Source: an uncultured Spirochaetota bacterium
GTDB taxonomy: Bacteria > Spirochaetota > Brevinematia > Brevinematales > JAOACQ01
Direction of reading: 5' to 3'
DNA: 64,000 nucleotides
Assembly: GCA_963783575.1 (NCBI GenBank)
Contig: CAWAOD010000013.1
Span: 192,001-256,000, forward strand
The notes under the pieces are model-generated. The model did not search any database, was not told the origin of the DNA, and saw only the letters and a program-made list of their open reading frames with translations. Position 1 is the stretch's first letter. The number at the start of each line of letters is the position of its first letter. Made by a program: the position numbers and the translations under genes. Shown here piece after piece: positions 28,805-40,038 of the stretch.

Positions 28805-30520
28805 ATGAATTTTATTAAAGAATTATGGGAATCGATTGCTGGTAAAAAGATTAACAATACGCGTATTGTTCCTCTTACGACCAAGATAATTCTTATCTTT
28901 ACAATTTTCATACTTGTATCTAATCTCTCTTCAAATTACATCAATATGATGTTTAACCGCAAGGAACTGATCAATTCCATGAAACAGCTTCTTGTCAAGG
29001 ACTTAAAAGACCTTTACAATTTCTGCAATACCCAGTTCGATATTTATCAATATAATCAGGATTTGAAAACCGCTCTTCAAAATATAGAAAACAAGGCAAT
29101 CAGTGATTTTAAATATAAGAAATCGATAGGTCTTGGTATTAAGCCTGACGGAACCCTTCTTTTTGAGGCATCCGGTATAAAAAAATACGGAACTTTTACC
29201 GATACTTCCACTTTTGATTTGATTAAAAAGAATAAGCAAAATAATGTAGATAGCGGGATCATCCCGCTTGTCTTTAATAATGAATCCTATTTTGGCGTTT
29301 ATAAATATAATCCTAAGTGGGATATCTATATACTGAAAGCCGAGCAATTAAATGAGTTTTATGCTGATTCCTGGAGAGTTTTCAGGGATGTTTCCTTTAT
29401 CATAGTAGTGATGACGCTATTATTTTCTGTTGTAGGCATTTTTATTTTGCAGTATATTACCCGTTTTATTGGTGTTATAACAAGTGCTATTATCAAAATG
29501 AGCAGAAGTCAGTCTATGGATTTAATCGAACTTGGCAATGCCACAAATGATGAAATTACTTTCCTTGGGGTGGCTTTCAATTCACTGTCTAGCACTGTTA
29601 ATAATCTTCTCACTATCTTCAGAAAGTTTGTCAATAAGGATATCGCTAATAAAGCTTACCGGGAAAGGGAAGTAAGGCTTGAAGGTACCCAGAGAAATTT
29701 AACGATATTATTCTCCGATATCAAGAGTTTTACATATATGACGGAAACCTTAGGTACGGATATCATTAAGCTGCTTAATATACATTACGATAGGGCTATT
29801 CGTGAAATCATCAATCTGGACGGCGTAATAGGATCGATCATTGGGGATGCTTTACTGGCTGTTTTCGGTTCACTGGAAGAGTCAAAGGATAATAAATCGC
29901 ATCAATCCGTTTTATCCGCATATAAAATACAGGACGTTGCCGAATCCCTGCGATTTGAAATGCACAGGAGAAAAGAAGTTATTGTAAAGGAAAGGGGCGC
30001 TTTGTCCGATGAAGAGGACAAGGTTTATAAAGCAGTTTTGCTTGAAGTAGGCGTCGGTATTGACGGCGGCGATGTCTTTTACGGAAATATCGGTTCTTAT
30101 GAAAGAATGACGAATACCGTTATCGGCGATAATGTTAATTCGGCATCTCGTCTGGAAGGCCTTACAAGGATATATAAAGTTCCGGTTATCTGTTCGGATT
30201 TTGTTAAAAACGATATCGAACAAAATGTTAAAAACCATGGTTTTTATTTCCTGGAACTGGATATAGTGCAGGTTAAAGGAAAGACCGAAGGAAAAAGAAT
30301 ATTCTGGCCTATATTTGAAAAGAATATTTCCGAGAAGATGAAAATTGAGATTGACAGTTTCTCCTCGGGTTTACAGTATTATTATCAGGGCGATTGGAAG
30401 AAAGCCGCGGATATTTTAGAGGGTTGCTCGCTTCCGCTGGCAGATATTTTTAAGGAAAGAGTGAATAACAATAAATGTCCTAAGGATTGGAAAGGCATAT
30501 GGACAATGACAACAAAATAA
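28805..30520 (+). CDS. Membrane-bound class III adenylate/guanylate cyclase with HAMP-like linker
   Basis: Two TM helices, ILFSDIKSFT, IGDA, TVIGDNVNSASRLEG, VKGK. Confidence 0.92.
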   Translation: MNFIKELWESIAGKKINNTRIVPLTTKIILIFTIFILVSNLSSNYINMMFNRKELINSMKQLLVKDLKDLYNFCNTQFDIYQYNQDLKTALQNIENKAISDFKYKKSIGLGIKPDGTLLFEASGIKKYGTFTDTSTFDLIKKNKQNNVDSGIIPLVFNNESYFGVYKYNPKWDIYILKAEQLNEFYADSWRVFRDVSFIIVVMTLLFSVVGIFILQYITRFIGVITSAIIKMSRSQSMDLIELGNATNDEITFLGVAFNSLSSTVNNLLTIFRKFVNKDIANKAYREREVRLEGTQRNLTILFSDIKSFTYMTETLGTDIIKLLNIHYDRAIREIINLDGVIGSIIGDALLAVFGSLEESKDNKSHQSVLSAYKIQDVAESLRFEMHRRKEVIVKERGALSDEEDKVYKAVLLEVGVGIDGGDVFYGNIGSYERMTNTVIGDNVNSASRLEGLTRIYKVPVICSDFVKNDIEQNVKNHGFYFLELDIVQVKGKTEGKRIFWPIFEKNISEKMKIEIDSFSSGLQYYYQGDWKKAADILEGCSLPLADIFKERVNNNKCPKDWKGIWTMTTK

Positions 30521-31863
30521 AACCGCCTGCAGTAAGGGGAACTTCGGATTTTCTTAAGGAAGACCCTGCTTTACAAGTGTCAAAAGTGCAGCTTTATTCT
30601 CTTGATAGTGAGTTTGCAAAAACCAAAAACAATAAGAGCTTAGCGTTTTACCTTTTATTTATCGGGTTTCTTTGTGTAGTAATCGGTGGAACGATTTTTC
30701 TGACAATATACATACAAAATTTAAACCAGAGAATGGAAATAAAGATAAGCGATTTTGATGAATTGAATCTCAAAGACCTTCTAAACGCATCAAGAAAGAA
30801 TTACGGAGACCTGCTTCAGTTAAAACAGGATGTATTAACCTTAAAACAGCAAATGAAAGGTGATCTGGCTCAGGCTCAAATTGATGTTAATAACTCCATC
30901 AAACTCATTAAGGAAAAGGGCTTATCTCCTGATGATGAAAATACCGCGATTAAACAGGCCAATGATGAAGGGTCAAAAAAAATAGCCGCGGTCAGGGATA
31001 ATTATCAATCGCAGATAGATAAAAAACAGAACGAAATAAATCTTATTCAGAAGAACCTCGGCCAGTATGATCAAAAGATGATGGATGCGGCTAAAAAAAG
31101 CGAGCAGGTTCTGGAAGATACACAAAAGTTAAGCGAACTGGAACTGAATAAACAGAAAAAGATCTATGAAGATAAGATGAAAGATATGGAAGCGAAGCAA
31201 AAGAAAGATATACAGGATATTCAGGATTATAATAAACGAATGATCGATGTTCTGGTTTTAAAATATAACCCGGTAATCACCGATAAAAAAATCACCAATC
31301 TGCTAAATTCGAAAATTGACCCATCATGGAAAAATAGTTTTTCATTAAAGAATTATTCCGGTTTATTGGGCCAGGAAAGGATTTTATCGGAAAGTGATTT
31401 TAACGGTCTCAGAGGTTTAATAGGTGATTATGATGCGTTAATCTCCAGATTATATAAAGTACCTTATACAAATTCCATTCCAACGGCTCTTGCGCATCTT
31501 GATTATATTAGCGGTTCCATCGTACAGAATTATGACGATTTATGGAATAAAATGGCTGGCGTCATACAAAAGAAGAATAATATGATTGACAGCTATAGGT
31601 TTGCACTGGACGCCTACTCGAAGATTAACAGGGAAAATGGATATGTAGTCGATCCGAGAGACACAAACAGGATTTTGGTTTATATTGATAAAATCTATAA
31701 CATCAAGAATGATGACAGTGGGATTGTCTTCAGGAATGAAGATGAAACCATAGCTACAATAAAATTTTACCAGGATTTTGAAGGTATTAAAGCAAAAATC
31801 GGAGAGTTATACGGAACAAATCAAATACAGCCTTTTGATAAGATATTGATTAAGTTAAAATAG
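30499..31863 (+). CDS. Single-TM coiled-coil protein
   Basis: TM segment followed by a long K/Q/E-rich heptad region; overlaps the cyclase gene. Confidence 0.7.
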   Translation: MDNDNKIKPPAVRGTSDFLKEDPALQVSKVQLYSLDSEFAKTKNNKSLAFYLLFIGFLCVVIGGTIFLTIYIQNLNQRMEIKISDFDELNLKDLLNASRKNYGDLLQLKQDVLTLKQQMKGDLAQAQIDVNNSIKLIKEKGLSPDDENTAIKQANDEGSKKIAAVRDNYQSQIDKKQNEINLIQKNLGQYDQKMMDAAKKSEQVLEDTQKLSELELNKQKKIYEDKMKDMEAKQKKDIQDIQDYNKRMIDVLVLKYNPVITDKKITNLLNSKIDPSWKNSFSLKNYSGLLGQERILSESDFNGLRGLIGDYDALISRLYKVPYTNSIPTALAHLDYISGSIVQNYDDLWNKMAGVIQKKNNMIDSYRFALDAYSKINRENGYVVDPRDTNRILVYIDKIYNIKNDDSGIVFRNEDETIATIKFYQDFEGIKAKIGELYGTNQIQPFDKILIKLK

Positions 31864-31874
31864 GAGTTTTTATT

Positions 31875-32750
31875 ATGAAAAGGGTTGTTTTTTTATTATT
31901 AATAATTTTAATAAATATTAACCTTTATGCTTATGACTGGCAGAGTAAGTCGATTTCACTTATAGATTCAACCAATGATAACGGTAAGACTATCGATACC
32001 GTTAAAGATCAGGCCGATAAGGTGTTTAAGGTTTCTTATATTAACAATCCCGGTGATAATGATGTTGATCTTGTTTTAAAATTAAAAGATCAATTATATA
32101 ACTGGGGAGATTTATCTATTGATTCCATTCAGTTTGTTTTCTCATCAAAAGATTTATTGGATATTATTATTATTCCGACAAAACTTGAATTTGACGGTAC
32201 TAATATTATAACCACGTTGCCTGCAGGTATGCTGTTTTTCTATACTGATGCTCTGCGTTATGACTTCAGGATGAGTAAGGACGGTTTTTTTCTGAGGATT
32301 AACGGCAAGTTTACAACAGATGCGGATTTTAAAAAGAAGATTATGAGCGCTTATAACGATCCGGCGGGATATTTAAGACGGAATGACCCGGCTTACCTTC
32401 CTTCAAGAGTTGATGATCTTGAGGAAGAGTTCAATACTGCAAAGCTGGATTTATCATTGAAAATATCAAATTTACAGTCTCAATTGGATGATTTGAAAGC
32501 CGATAAAACCAGGATGAAATATGCCGAAGTAAATTTATCCAGAAGAGGGTTTTTCGGTGGTTTACAAACCCCGCCGTTATCTACGGATACGATTGGTAAA
32601 GTTGTTAAGATTAAACAAACTAATCCTGCTTTTGGCGGAAAGGAAATCCTTGATCAGATTAAAAAGGATGATCCGAAATCAACGCTTACTTCAGGCGATG
32701 TTCAAATAATATTATTGGTATATTATAACGAATATACTAAACAGCAGTAA
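31875..32750 (+). CDS. Exported hypothetical protein
   Basis: Signal peptide (NLYA), AGGAG RBS; third gene of the cyclase operon. Confidence 0.7.
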   Translation: MKRVVFLLLIILININLYAYDWQSKSISLIDSTNDNGKTIDTVKDQADKVFKVSYINNPGDNDVDLVLKLKDQLYNWGDLSIDSIQFVFSSKDLLDIIIIPTKLEFDGTNIITTLPAGMLFFYTDALRYDFRMSKDGFFLRINGKFTTDADFKKKIMSAYNDPAGYLRRNDPAYLPSRVDDLEEEFNTAKLDLSLKISNLQSQLDDLKADKTRMKYAEVNLSRRGFFGGLQTPPLSTDTIGKVVKIKQTNPAFGGKEILDQIKKDDPKSTLTSGDVQIILLVYYNEYTKQQ

Positions 32751-32752
32751 TT

Positions 32753-34090
32753 TTAAATTATAAATTTATTTTCACGGCAAAGCTCTGCAAACCAATACCC
32801 GCTTTCTTTAATGATTCTTTTCTGAGTTGCATAATCTGTGTAAATCAAGCCGAACCTTTTTGAAAAGCCCTCGGCCCATTCGAAGTTATCCATCAGTGTC
32901 CAGTAAAAATAGCCTTTAATATTCGCTCCTTCCCGAATGGATTTATTCATTACGGAAAGATGCCTTTTCAAATATTCTATCCTCTCTGCATCTTCAACTT
33001 TGTTATTTATTAGTTTGTCCTTATATGCCGCGCCGTTTTCTGTTATATATACAACCGGATTATTATACTCATTCCTGATCCAATTTAATAGATCATAAAA
33101 CCCTTGAGGAAAGACTTCCCAGCCCATATCTGTGAATTCGGCGCCTTCATAACCGGCTTTTATAATTCTAAATCCGCTTATCGGATCGAATGATTTTTTT
33201 ACAATATTCCTTGAGTAATAATTTACTCCGGTAAAATCAACTGGTTTGGAAATAATATCAAAATCCTTATCTTTAATATCGTGGTTAAAGAATCTGATTT
33301 TGCCTTCAATCGCTTCAGGGTAAGTGCCTTTATAGATAGGGTCTAAAAAAAGTCTCATAGTGAAGGCTTCGGCATTTACGGCAGCTCGTTTATCTTCCGG
33401 GGTAGACGGATATACAGGCCACAAAGCATTGACGATGCCTGCTTTAAGGCTAGAGTCCAATGCACGGATTCTTTCAAGCCCCAGGCCATGCGCGAGGAGT
33501 AAATTATGCGGGACTTTAAATGCCTTAAAAATATTTTTTATTCCGGGGGCATGGCTACCGTATAAATAGCCATTTACAAAACTGACAAGCGGTTCGTTCA
33601 AAGTCATCCAGAATTTTACCCTGTCTTTAAACTTCTTTACAACAATCTCTGTAAAATCGGCAAAATAATTTGCCGTATTTCTTGTCAGCCATCCTCCTTT
33701 CCTGTTAATATACTCGGGCAAATCCCAATGATAAATGGTAATAAAGGGTTCAATTCCTGCGGATTTCAATTCATCAATCAGGCGGTCGTAAAAGTCTAGA
33801 CCTTTAAGGTTGACTGTCCCTGAATCGTCCGGCAATATCCTGGGCCAGCTTAATGAAAATCGGTAGGCATTGCAGTTAAGGCTTTTCATCAATCCGGTAT
33901 CTTCTTTATATAAATGATAATGGTCGCAGGCAATGTCACCGTTGGTTCCGTCTATTATTTTTCCTTTCCTGCGCGTAAAAGTATCCCAGATGGACAGGCC
34001 TTTACCGTCTTCATTATAGGCCCCCTCAATCTGATAAGAAGCCGTTACAGTCCCCCAGACAAAATTTTCAGGAAATTGGATGGTCTGCAT
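32753..34090 (-). CDS. GH1 beta-glucosidase
   Basis: TASYQIEG, TLNEP, YITENG, DNFEWAEG. Confidence 0.96.
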   Translation of the reverse strand: MQTIQFPENFVWGTVTASYQIEGAYNEDGKGLSIWDTFTRRKGKIIDGTNGDIACDHYHLYKEDTGLMKSLNCNAYRFSLSWPRILPDDSGTVNLKGLDFYDRLIDELKSAGIEPFITIYHWDLPEYINRKGGWLTRNTANYFADFTEIVVKKFKDRVKFWMTLNEPLVSFVNGYLYGSHAPGIKNIFKAFKVPHNLLLAHGLGLERIRALDSSLKAGIVNALWPVYPSTPEDKRAAVNAEAFTMRLFLDPIYKGTYPEAIEGKIRFFNHDIKDKDFDIISKPVDFTGVNYYSRNIVKKSFDPISGFRIIKAGYEGAEFTDMGWEVFPQGFYDLLNWIRNEYNNPVVYITENGAAYKDKLINNKVEDAERIEYLKRHLSVMNKSIREGANIKGYFYWTLMDNFEWAEGFSKRFGLIYTDYATQKRIIKESGYWFAELCRENKFII

Positions 34091-34127
34091 AATAAACTCC
34101 CAAGTTTAAAAGATTTTGTTTTATCTT

Positions 34128-35516
34128 TCAGGCTTTCATTTCCCGGGCTACCGTTTTCATCTTAGAGTGAAGTGTATCTATATCCTTAGGGAAAACAAAG
34201 GCTGTAAACCATAATACTATTGAACATGGCAGCCAGAAAGCGGCTGAAATCGCCATTGCAGTACTTAAACCCAGGGAAACGGAAAGCATCCCTGCAAAGA
34301 ATTTTCCGATGCCTGTACCGGCCGAGTCGGTAAGATTGAATATTGAAAATATCGCGCCCCTGTTTTCAGGAACATTTGTATCGAGAAGCATAGCCCTCAT
34401 ATTCGGCCCGGTCATTGAGACAAAAAATGCGGCTGTAAAACCGCTGAGTAAGGCGAAGATCAGGTTTCCCGAAGGCAACAATGTGAACATCATAAAAGCT
34501 ATTGCGCCGCCGATTATTGTTGTAACTGCGCAGAATTTAGGTAAAAGAGATGGTTTCTTTTTAAACATATAGCCGCCGAATATTCCGCCGAAAACAATAC
34601 CGATGGTATATCCTCCTCCGAAAAGCAGGAATACGGTTGTGGCCTGGCCGATAGTCAAGCCTTTATTTTCATTGAAGAACTTTACAATAAATAAGGGTAT
34701 AGCGCCCCATGGTACAGTTCCCATAAGCCCCTGCAAAAAAAGATAGACATTTGTTTTAATTTTTAGCAATGATTTATAATCGGATAATTTTATAGTTTTT
34801 GGATAAAGATAACCCTCTTCAATGAGTTTATTGACAGACTCTTCCGAGGCTCCTCTTTGCGGTTCGGGCACCAAAATAAAAAACAGGATTAAAACAAGAA
34901 TATTAGGTGCTGAAGCGAGAATGAACGGTAATCTCCATCCAAAGGGGGCCCCGACATACCCTCCGAGAATAAGGCCAATAATCTGCCCAACACCGATAGC
35001 CGCAGTCATCCAGGCTGTTGCCCCGGCCCTCTTTTTTTCGTCATACAGATCCCCAAGCATGGAAAAAATAATCGGGAATGAAGCACCGACACCAAGCCCC
35101 GTAAGAATTCTCAATGTAAAAAACTGCGCATAATTTGATGAAAAAGCAGTTAAAAGGCAGGGTATCTGCCCCAGCAAAACTGATGAGGTAAAAAGAATTT
35201 TACGGCTTTTTTTATCGGCAAAATATCCGAAGAATAAACTTATGACTGCGCCAAGAAGGGTAAAAAGTCCGCTCATAAGGCCTATATCCGCATCATTGAC
35301 CATAAACTCTTTTTCAATCGCCGATAAAGTCGCGTTCATAACATTCTGGTCTGCGTTAAGCAAGGCGGCAACGATTATCATAAGAATCAGGGCAAGATTG
35401 CTGTTCTTTTTCATCAAGATTCTCCTTAATATTTTATAAATAATCATGAATAACAGGTCAACGGCTGCCAAGAAAAAATTACATTTTTTATTTGTTTTCA
35501 GAATATTCTTTTTCAA
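34128..35516 (-). CDS. MFS transporter (true start probably about 35414)
   Basis: About 12 TM segments; GYFADKKSRK motif A. Confidence 0.9.
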   Translation of the reverse strand: MKKNILKTNKKCNFFLAAVDLLFMIIYKILRRILMKKNSNLALILMIIVAALLNADQNVMNATLSAIEKEFMVNDADIGLMSGLFTLLGAVISLFFGYFADKKSRKILFTSSVLLGQIPCLLTAFSSNYAQFFTLRILTGLGVGASFPIIFSMLGDLYDEKKRAGATAWMTAAIGVGQIIGLILGGYVGAPFGWRLPFILASAPNILVLILFFILVPEPQRGASEESVNKLIEEGYLYPKTIKLSDYKSLLKIKTNVYLFLQGLMGTVPWGAIPLFIVKFFNENKGLTIGQATTVFLLFGGGYTIGIVFGGIFGGYMFKKKPSLLPKFCAVTTIIGGAIAFMMFTLLPSGNLIFALLSGFTAAFFVSMTGPNMRAMLLDTNVPENRGAIFSIFNLTDSAGTGIGKFFAGMLSVSLGLSTAMAISAAFWLPCSIVLWFTAFVFPKDIDTLHSKMKTVAREMKA

Positions 35517-37185
35517 GTTCTGAATATGCGACTTTGCCTATGCGTGTTAAGGGAAGGGAAATCCGGAACTCAATTTCAGCCGGTATACTCCATTTCATAA
35601 GGCGGCTGCTGCAGAAATCTATAATTTCCTTTTCCTTTTCTTTTGAAGCTGCCGATGGATTTTTAAGAACAATAAAGGCTTTAAGCGCCTGCATCTTATA
35701 TTGATCGGGAATACCTATAACACAGGAAAGAGAAACATCCGGGTGCCGGTCGAGAATTTCTTCAACCTGGACCGGTGAAACACTGACGCCTGAAACCTTA
35801 ATAATGCGTTTCATACGCAATTTAAAATAAATATATCCATCGGTGTCCATAGAGCAGATGTCTCCGGTATGAAGCCAGAATAATCCGTCGCTGTGAATTT
35901 TTATCGTATTTGCGGTTATATCGGGACTGTTTAAATATCCAAGCATCAATGTTGGACCGGCAATACATAATTCCCCGTCATTTCCCGGAACAGCCTCGTC
36001 AGTTGTTTCCAGCGCTACGATTTTTGCCGACATATCCGGCAGAGGGATTCCTGCGCTTCCGGCTCTGTAAGCATGCTTCGGCGTAACGATACAGGCGGTT
36101 ACCGACTCTGTCAAACCGTATCCTTCCAGAAGCTCCGCATCCCCCCCGCGTTTTTTTATCAATTCGTCAAACCTTTCTTTAATGCTGCCGGGCAGTTTAT
36201 CACCGCCTGCATATGCCGATTTCAAACATGAAAGACTGATTTTATTCATGAGTTTATTTCTCAAAAGGGCTTCGTAAAGTGTTGGAACGCCGGCCATATA
36301 CTGGGGCTGTTCTTTTTTTATAAGTTTTGCAACTGTCTCAGGTGTAAAGCGGGGGACAAGTACGCATTTTCCGCCGCTTATCAGGAATGTGTGAACGCAT
36401 ACGCCTAATCCGAAGCCATGAAAAACGGGAAGTATTGAAAGTATTGTATCCTTTTTTATTATAGGGCCCTGTGAAGCTGTCTGAAGCCCGAGGCAGTTGA
36501 AATTCATGCTAGACAGCATAATGCCTTTGGGTATACCGGTTGTTCCTCCGCTGTAAAGAATTACGGCGCATTCGCTGGGTGTCAGAGTAGTTGCACTGCA
36601 CTTTACCGATACCTGTGAGTATAATAAGTTTTTCCACCACAAAATTCTACTTTCATTTTTTGGTGGCTTTTTGATTTTTCGGCCTGTGAGTAAATAAAAG
36701 GCAAGTTTTTTTATCGGGTTCAGATAATCGCCTATTTCTGTAAGAAGAAGGGTGTTTACTTTTGTGTTATCCAGTATTTTTTCAAAATTTGTATAAAAAG
36801 CATTCAGTGTGACTGCCCAGATGCTTCCGCTTTCTTTTAAATAGAATTCTATCTCGGCAGGCGCTGAAAGCGGGTGTATCATACTTGCTACAGCTCCGAT
36901 TTTATTCAATGCGTAAAATAAAATCAGAGACTGAGGGCAATTAGGCAGGCAGATTGTAACCGTGTCCGATTTTTTAAGCCCGCGGGACATTAGGACATCG
37001 GCTGTGTGATCGATATCTTTCAACAGTTTTTTGTATGTTGAATTTGTTCCCATGAATTCATAAGCGGTAAGGCCGGGGTAATTAATAGAAGTATCGCGAA
37101 CAAGCTCGTACATCGTTTTATCGGGATATTTTAGTGAATGGGGAATACCGTTGTAAAACTTCAGCCATGGTTTCGATTCATACAT
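35488..37185 (-). CDS. Long-chain fatty acid-CoA ligase (AMP-binding)
   Basis: YSGGTTGIPKG, EGYGLTE, LHTGD; GGGAG RBS before MYESKPW. Confidence 0.92.
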   Translation of the reverse strand: MYESKPWLKFYNGIPHSLKYPDKTMYELVRDTSINYPGLTAYEFMGTNSTYKKLLKDIDHTADVLMSRGLKKSDTVTICLPNCPQSLILFYALNKIGAVASMIHPLSAPAEIEFYLKESGSIWAVTLNAFYTNFEKILDNTKVNTLLLTEIGDYLNPIKKLAFYLLTGRKIKKPPKNESRILWWKNLLYSQVSVKCSATTLTPSECAVILYSGGTTGIPKGIMLSSMNFNCLGLQTASQGPIIKKDTILSILPVFHGFGLGVCVHTFLISGGKCVLVPRFTPETVAKLIKKEQPQYMAGVPTLYEALLRNKLMNKISLSCLKSAYAGGDKLPGSIKERFDELIKKRGGDAELLEGYGLTESVTACIVTPKHAYRAGSAGIPLPDMSAKIVALETTDEAVPGNDGELCIAGPTLMLGYLNSPDITANTIKIHSDGLFWLHTGDICSMDTDGYIYFKLRMKRIIKVSGVSVSPVQVEEILDRHPDVSLSCVIGIPDQYKMQALKAFIVLKNPSAASKEKEKEIIDFCSSRLMKWSIPAEIEFRISLPLTRIGKVAYSELEKEYSENK

Positions 37186-37222
37186 AAAAATCTCCCTTTT
37201 CTGATGTTGAAAAGAATATCTT

Positions 37223-38074
37223 TCAAACCTTTGATTCGGGAACTTCCAGTATTTCCGGGTTTTCAACCATATTTTTAAATAGAGTTATTGATTTAGCGCA
37301 GTAAAAGCCATCCGTAATCCTTTCATCAAGCGTAAAAGTGACGTTTATACAGTTGCGCGCGGAGATATTGTTATTTTCGCCGACAAACGCTTCCTTATGC
37401 ATTCTGCCGATAACCATAAATATGCTGGCGCTGCCGTATTCGAAAAGGTGATGGTAGGGGGCATCAAGCCCTATGCTGCCGAGGTTTGCAAGATATACGC
37501 TAGCGTATAAAGGAATTGCCTGCATTAAAAAGTCCGGAAGTATATTATGATAATCGAGTGTTTTAATCAGCCATCCGGCAAAATTGATAACCGGTCTTGG
37601 CAATGATGCCACAATATCGACAAGTTTGTCATCTTCGCCCTTATTATCGCTCCTGGCAAAAGCAAGTTGAGAATTTACCTTATCCCTTATTTCAGACAGA
37701 GTTTCGTTTCCCTGAAAAACAATTCTGGTATTGACTTCACCGGCTTCTTCAGTGAACTCTTTTTTTACAATAAAAGTAACGCTGATGTCTTTGTGTTCAT
37801 AAATCCTGTTTCCGGAGATAAACCGGTTCAATTCTGGCCGGGTCTTTAATATCCGTACAACTGAAGCCAGGAAAACATGAAAAAGCGATATCTTTTCTTC
37901 GCGTTTCTTTCCGGAATTGATTTTTTCAAGATAGTTGTGCATATTTGTCATATCCATTTTTTCTGTAAAGTAGATCAATGATTCGGTTCTTGTTTTCATA
38001 AGGTATGGAAATATTCTTCTGAAGGCGGGAAGATTTTTTTGATAAATTCCGTCTTTCCGTTTTTTAAATGCCAT
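37223..38074 (-). CDS. Stand-alone 2-oxoacid dehydrogenase E2-like acyltransferase catalytic domain
   Basis: RPELNRF, NLGSIG, TLDERITDG; no lipoyl domain. Confidence 0.8.
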   Translation of the reverse strand: MAFKKRKDGIYQKNLPAFRRIFPYLMKTRTESLIYFTEKMDMTNMHNYLEKINSGKKREEKISLFHVFLASVVRILKTRPELNRFISGNRIYEHKDISVTFIVKKEFTEEAGEVNTRIVFQGNETLSEIRDKVNSQLAFARSDNKGEDDKLVDIVASLPRPVINFAGWLIKTLDYHNILPDFLMQAIPLYASVYLANLGSIGLDAPYHHLFEYGSASIFMVIGRMHKEAFVGENNNISARNCINVTFTLDERITDGFYCAKSITLFKNMVENPEILEVPESKV

Positions 38075-38289
38075 ATCTGCTCCTTGACAATATTCTTGAT
38101 ATTTAACTTCAGAATAAATTGATTATATAAATATCGGAAAAAATAAATTGAACATATAGCGGGTAATTACTGTCAAAAAACGGCCATTCCGGTCATGATT
38201 AATATTATTTTATGACGTGAATACAGTTTATTATAAATCCATTTGAAAATCAAGGATTCGATTTATAAAATATTTATAATCGGACCCTG

Positions 38290-39261
38290 TTAATCGGGAT
38301 TGATATAAAGAATGGTATTTATTTTTTCCATAACATCTGCGGTTAATTTTGGAACAGCATCAAGGGATTTCATATTTTCCACAACCTGTTCGGGACGGCT
38401 TGACCCGGTAATAACAGTACTGACATTGGTATTTTTCAAACACCAGGCTAAAGCCATTACGGGCATTGATAAGCCAAGATCATCTGCAACCGACTGGAGC
38501 TTTTTGATCATAGCCAGCCTTTCGGGTTTATAAACCATATCTTTGAGCCATTCCAGTCCATTAAGCGATAAACGGCTCCCGGCGGGTATGCCGCTATTAT
38601 ACTTGCCTGTCAGAAGCCCTGATGCAAGCGGGCTCCAGATTGTCAATCCAAGCCCTATTTCACTGTATAGTCTGGAATATTCCTTTTCCACCCTGTCCCT
38701 GATAAGCAGGTTATATTGGGGCTGTTCCATCTGCGGTTTATGGAGGTGGTGCTTATCGGCGATCATATATGCCTGCATGATCTGGTCCGCGCTCCATTCC
38801 GAAGTACCCCAGTATACAGCCCTCCCGCTTGAAACTATATCATGCATAGCCCAAACAGTTTCTTCAATAGGGGTTTCAGGGTCAGGCCTGTGGCAGAAGA
38901 CCAGGTCGACATAATCAAGCTGAAGCCGTTTCAAAGACCCGTCAATTGCCTGCAGAAGATACTTCCTGTTCAAAGTATTATATTCATTGGGTCCTTTAGT
39001 TAAACCCCAGAAGAATTTTGTCGATATAATGTAACTGCTCCGCCGCCAGTTTGTTTTTTTTAAAACTTTTCCCATTATGATTTCGGATTGTCCGGCCGCA
39101 TAAGACTCGGCATTATCGAAGAAATTTACCCCCGCATCATATGCCGCTTTCATGCATTGAGCAGCGGTATCTTCATTCAATTGAGTCCCGTATGTAATCC
39201 ATGATCCCAGGGAAAGCTCGCTGACCTTTAGCCCTGCGTTTCCAAGGCGCCTGTAATTCAT
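38290..39261 (-). CDS. Aldo/keto reductase (Kv-beta-like)
   Basis: [36 protein letters not shown]. Confidence 0.93.
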   Translation of the reverse strand: MNYRRLGNAGLKVSELSLGSWITYGTQLNEDTAAQCMKAAYDAGVNFFDNAESYAAGQSEIIMGKVLKKTNWRRSSYIISTKFFWGLTKGPNEYNTLNRKYLLQAIDGSLKRLQLDYVDLVFCHRPDPETPIEETVWAMHDIVSSGRAVYWGTSEWSADQIMQAYMIADKHHLHKPQMEQPQYNLLIRDRVEKEYSRLYSEIGLGLTIWSPLASGLLTGKYNSGIPAGSRLSLNGLEWLKDMVYKPERLAMIKKLQSVADDLGLSMPVMALAWCLKNTNVSTVITGSSRPEQVVENMKSLDAVPKLTADVMEKINTILYINPD

Positions 39262-39540
39262 AATATCCTCCGTTAATTATTATATTTTTATTAACAATAT
39301 TACTAATATGGCGGCATTTTGTCAATTATGATATGATGGTATTAATAACGATGATTAACTATTGTTTCAGCCCCGTTGCGTCAAATATTTTTCTGACAAG
39401 TTTTTATTATAAAGATAGATTTATCAATTAAGCAAGGTAGAAATTAAGTTATGACAAAATTAAAAGATAAAATCGCTGATGGAAAAATGTAGAGAAAGTT
39501 CTGCCCATAACTTTTTCTTATGTGAAACCGGTAAGTCTAT

Positions 39541-40038
39541 TTAAGCATATTTGGTGGGATAGTCATCCCTATCAAGTATATGCGCAAGTCTATGGAGGAA
39601 TTCTTTACGGTCGAAATTTTCCTCTCCGTCAAAGTTTTTTGCGTATGGTTTGATAATATAACCAGAGATACCTGATTGAATAGCTTCCTTAATCCTGTCT
39701 TCATTCTGAACATTGGTTATCAAAATAATTTTAATGTTTGGGTAATGAGGATGTATATGTTTAACCGCATCTATGCCATTCATTTTTAACATTTCAATTC
39801 CGCTTAAATAGATATCGGGTTTTATAGCAGCTTTATTTAATATGCTGATTGCCTGTTCACCATCTTCCGCTTCAAGAATCACATCAAATTTTTCTGATAG
39901 CAGAATCTGTTTTATAATCATTCTTATTATTTTTGATCCTTCTACAAGCATGACCTTGAAAGGAAGTCCATTCGAAGTGTTAAATCCAAGCGCTTTATTA
40001 TAAGTTTCACGGCTCATTGTACTACCTTCATAAAACAA
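39541..40038 (-). CDS. Single-domain response regulator with degenerate active site
   Basis: CheY-like fold (EAEDG, MNGIDA, YIIKP); VEGS and LSGIEM replace the acidic residues. Confidence 0.8.
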   Translation of the reverse strand: MFYEGSTMSRETYNKALGFNTSNGLPFKVMLVEGSKIIRMIIKQILLSEKFDVILEAEDGEQAISILNKAAIKPDIYLSGIEMLKMNGIDAVKHIHPHYPNIKIILITNVQNEDRIKEAIQSGISGYIIKPYAKNFDGEENFDRKEFLHRLAHILDRDDYPTKYA

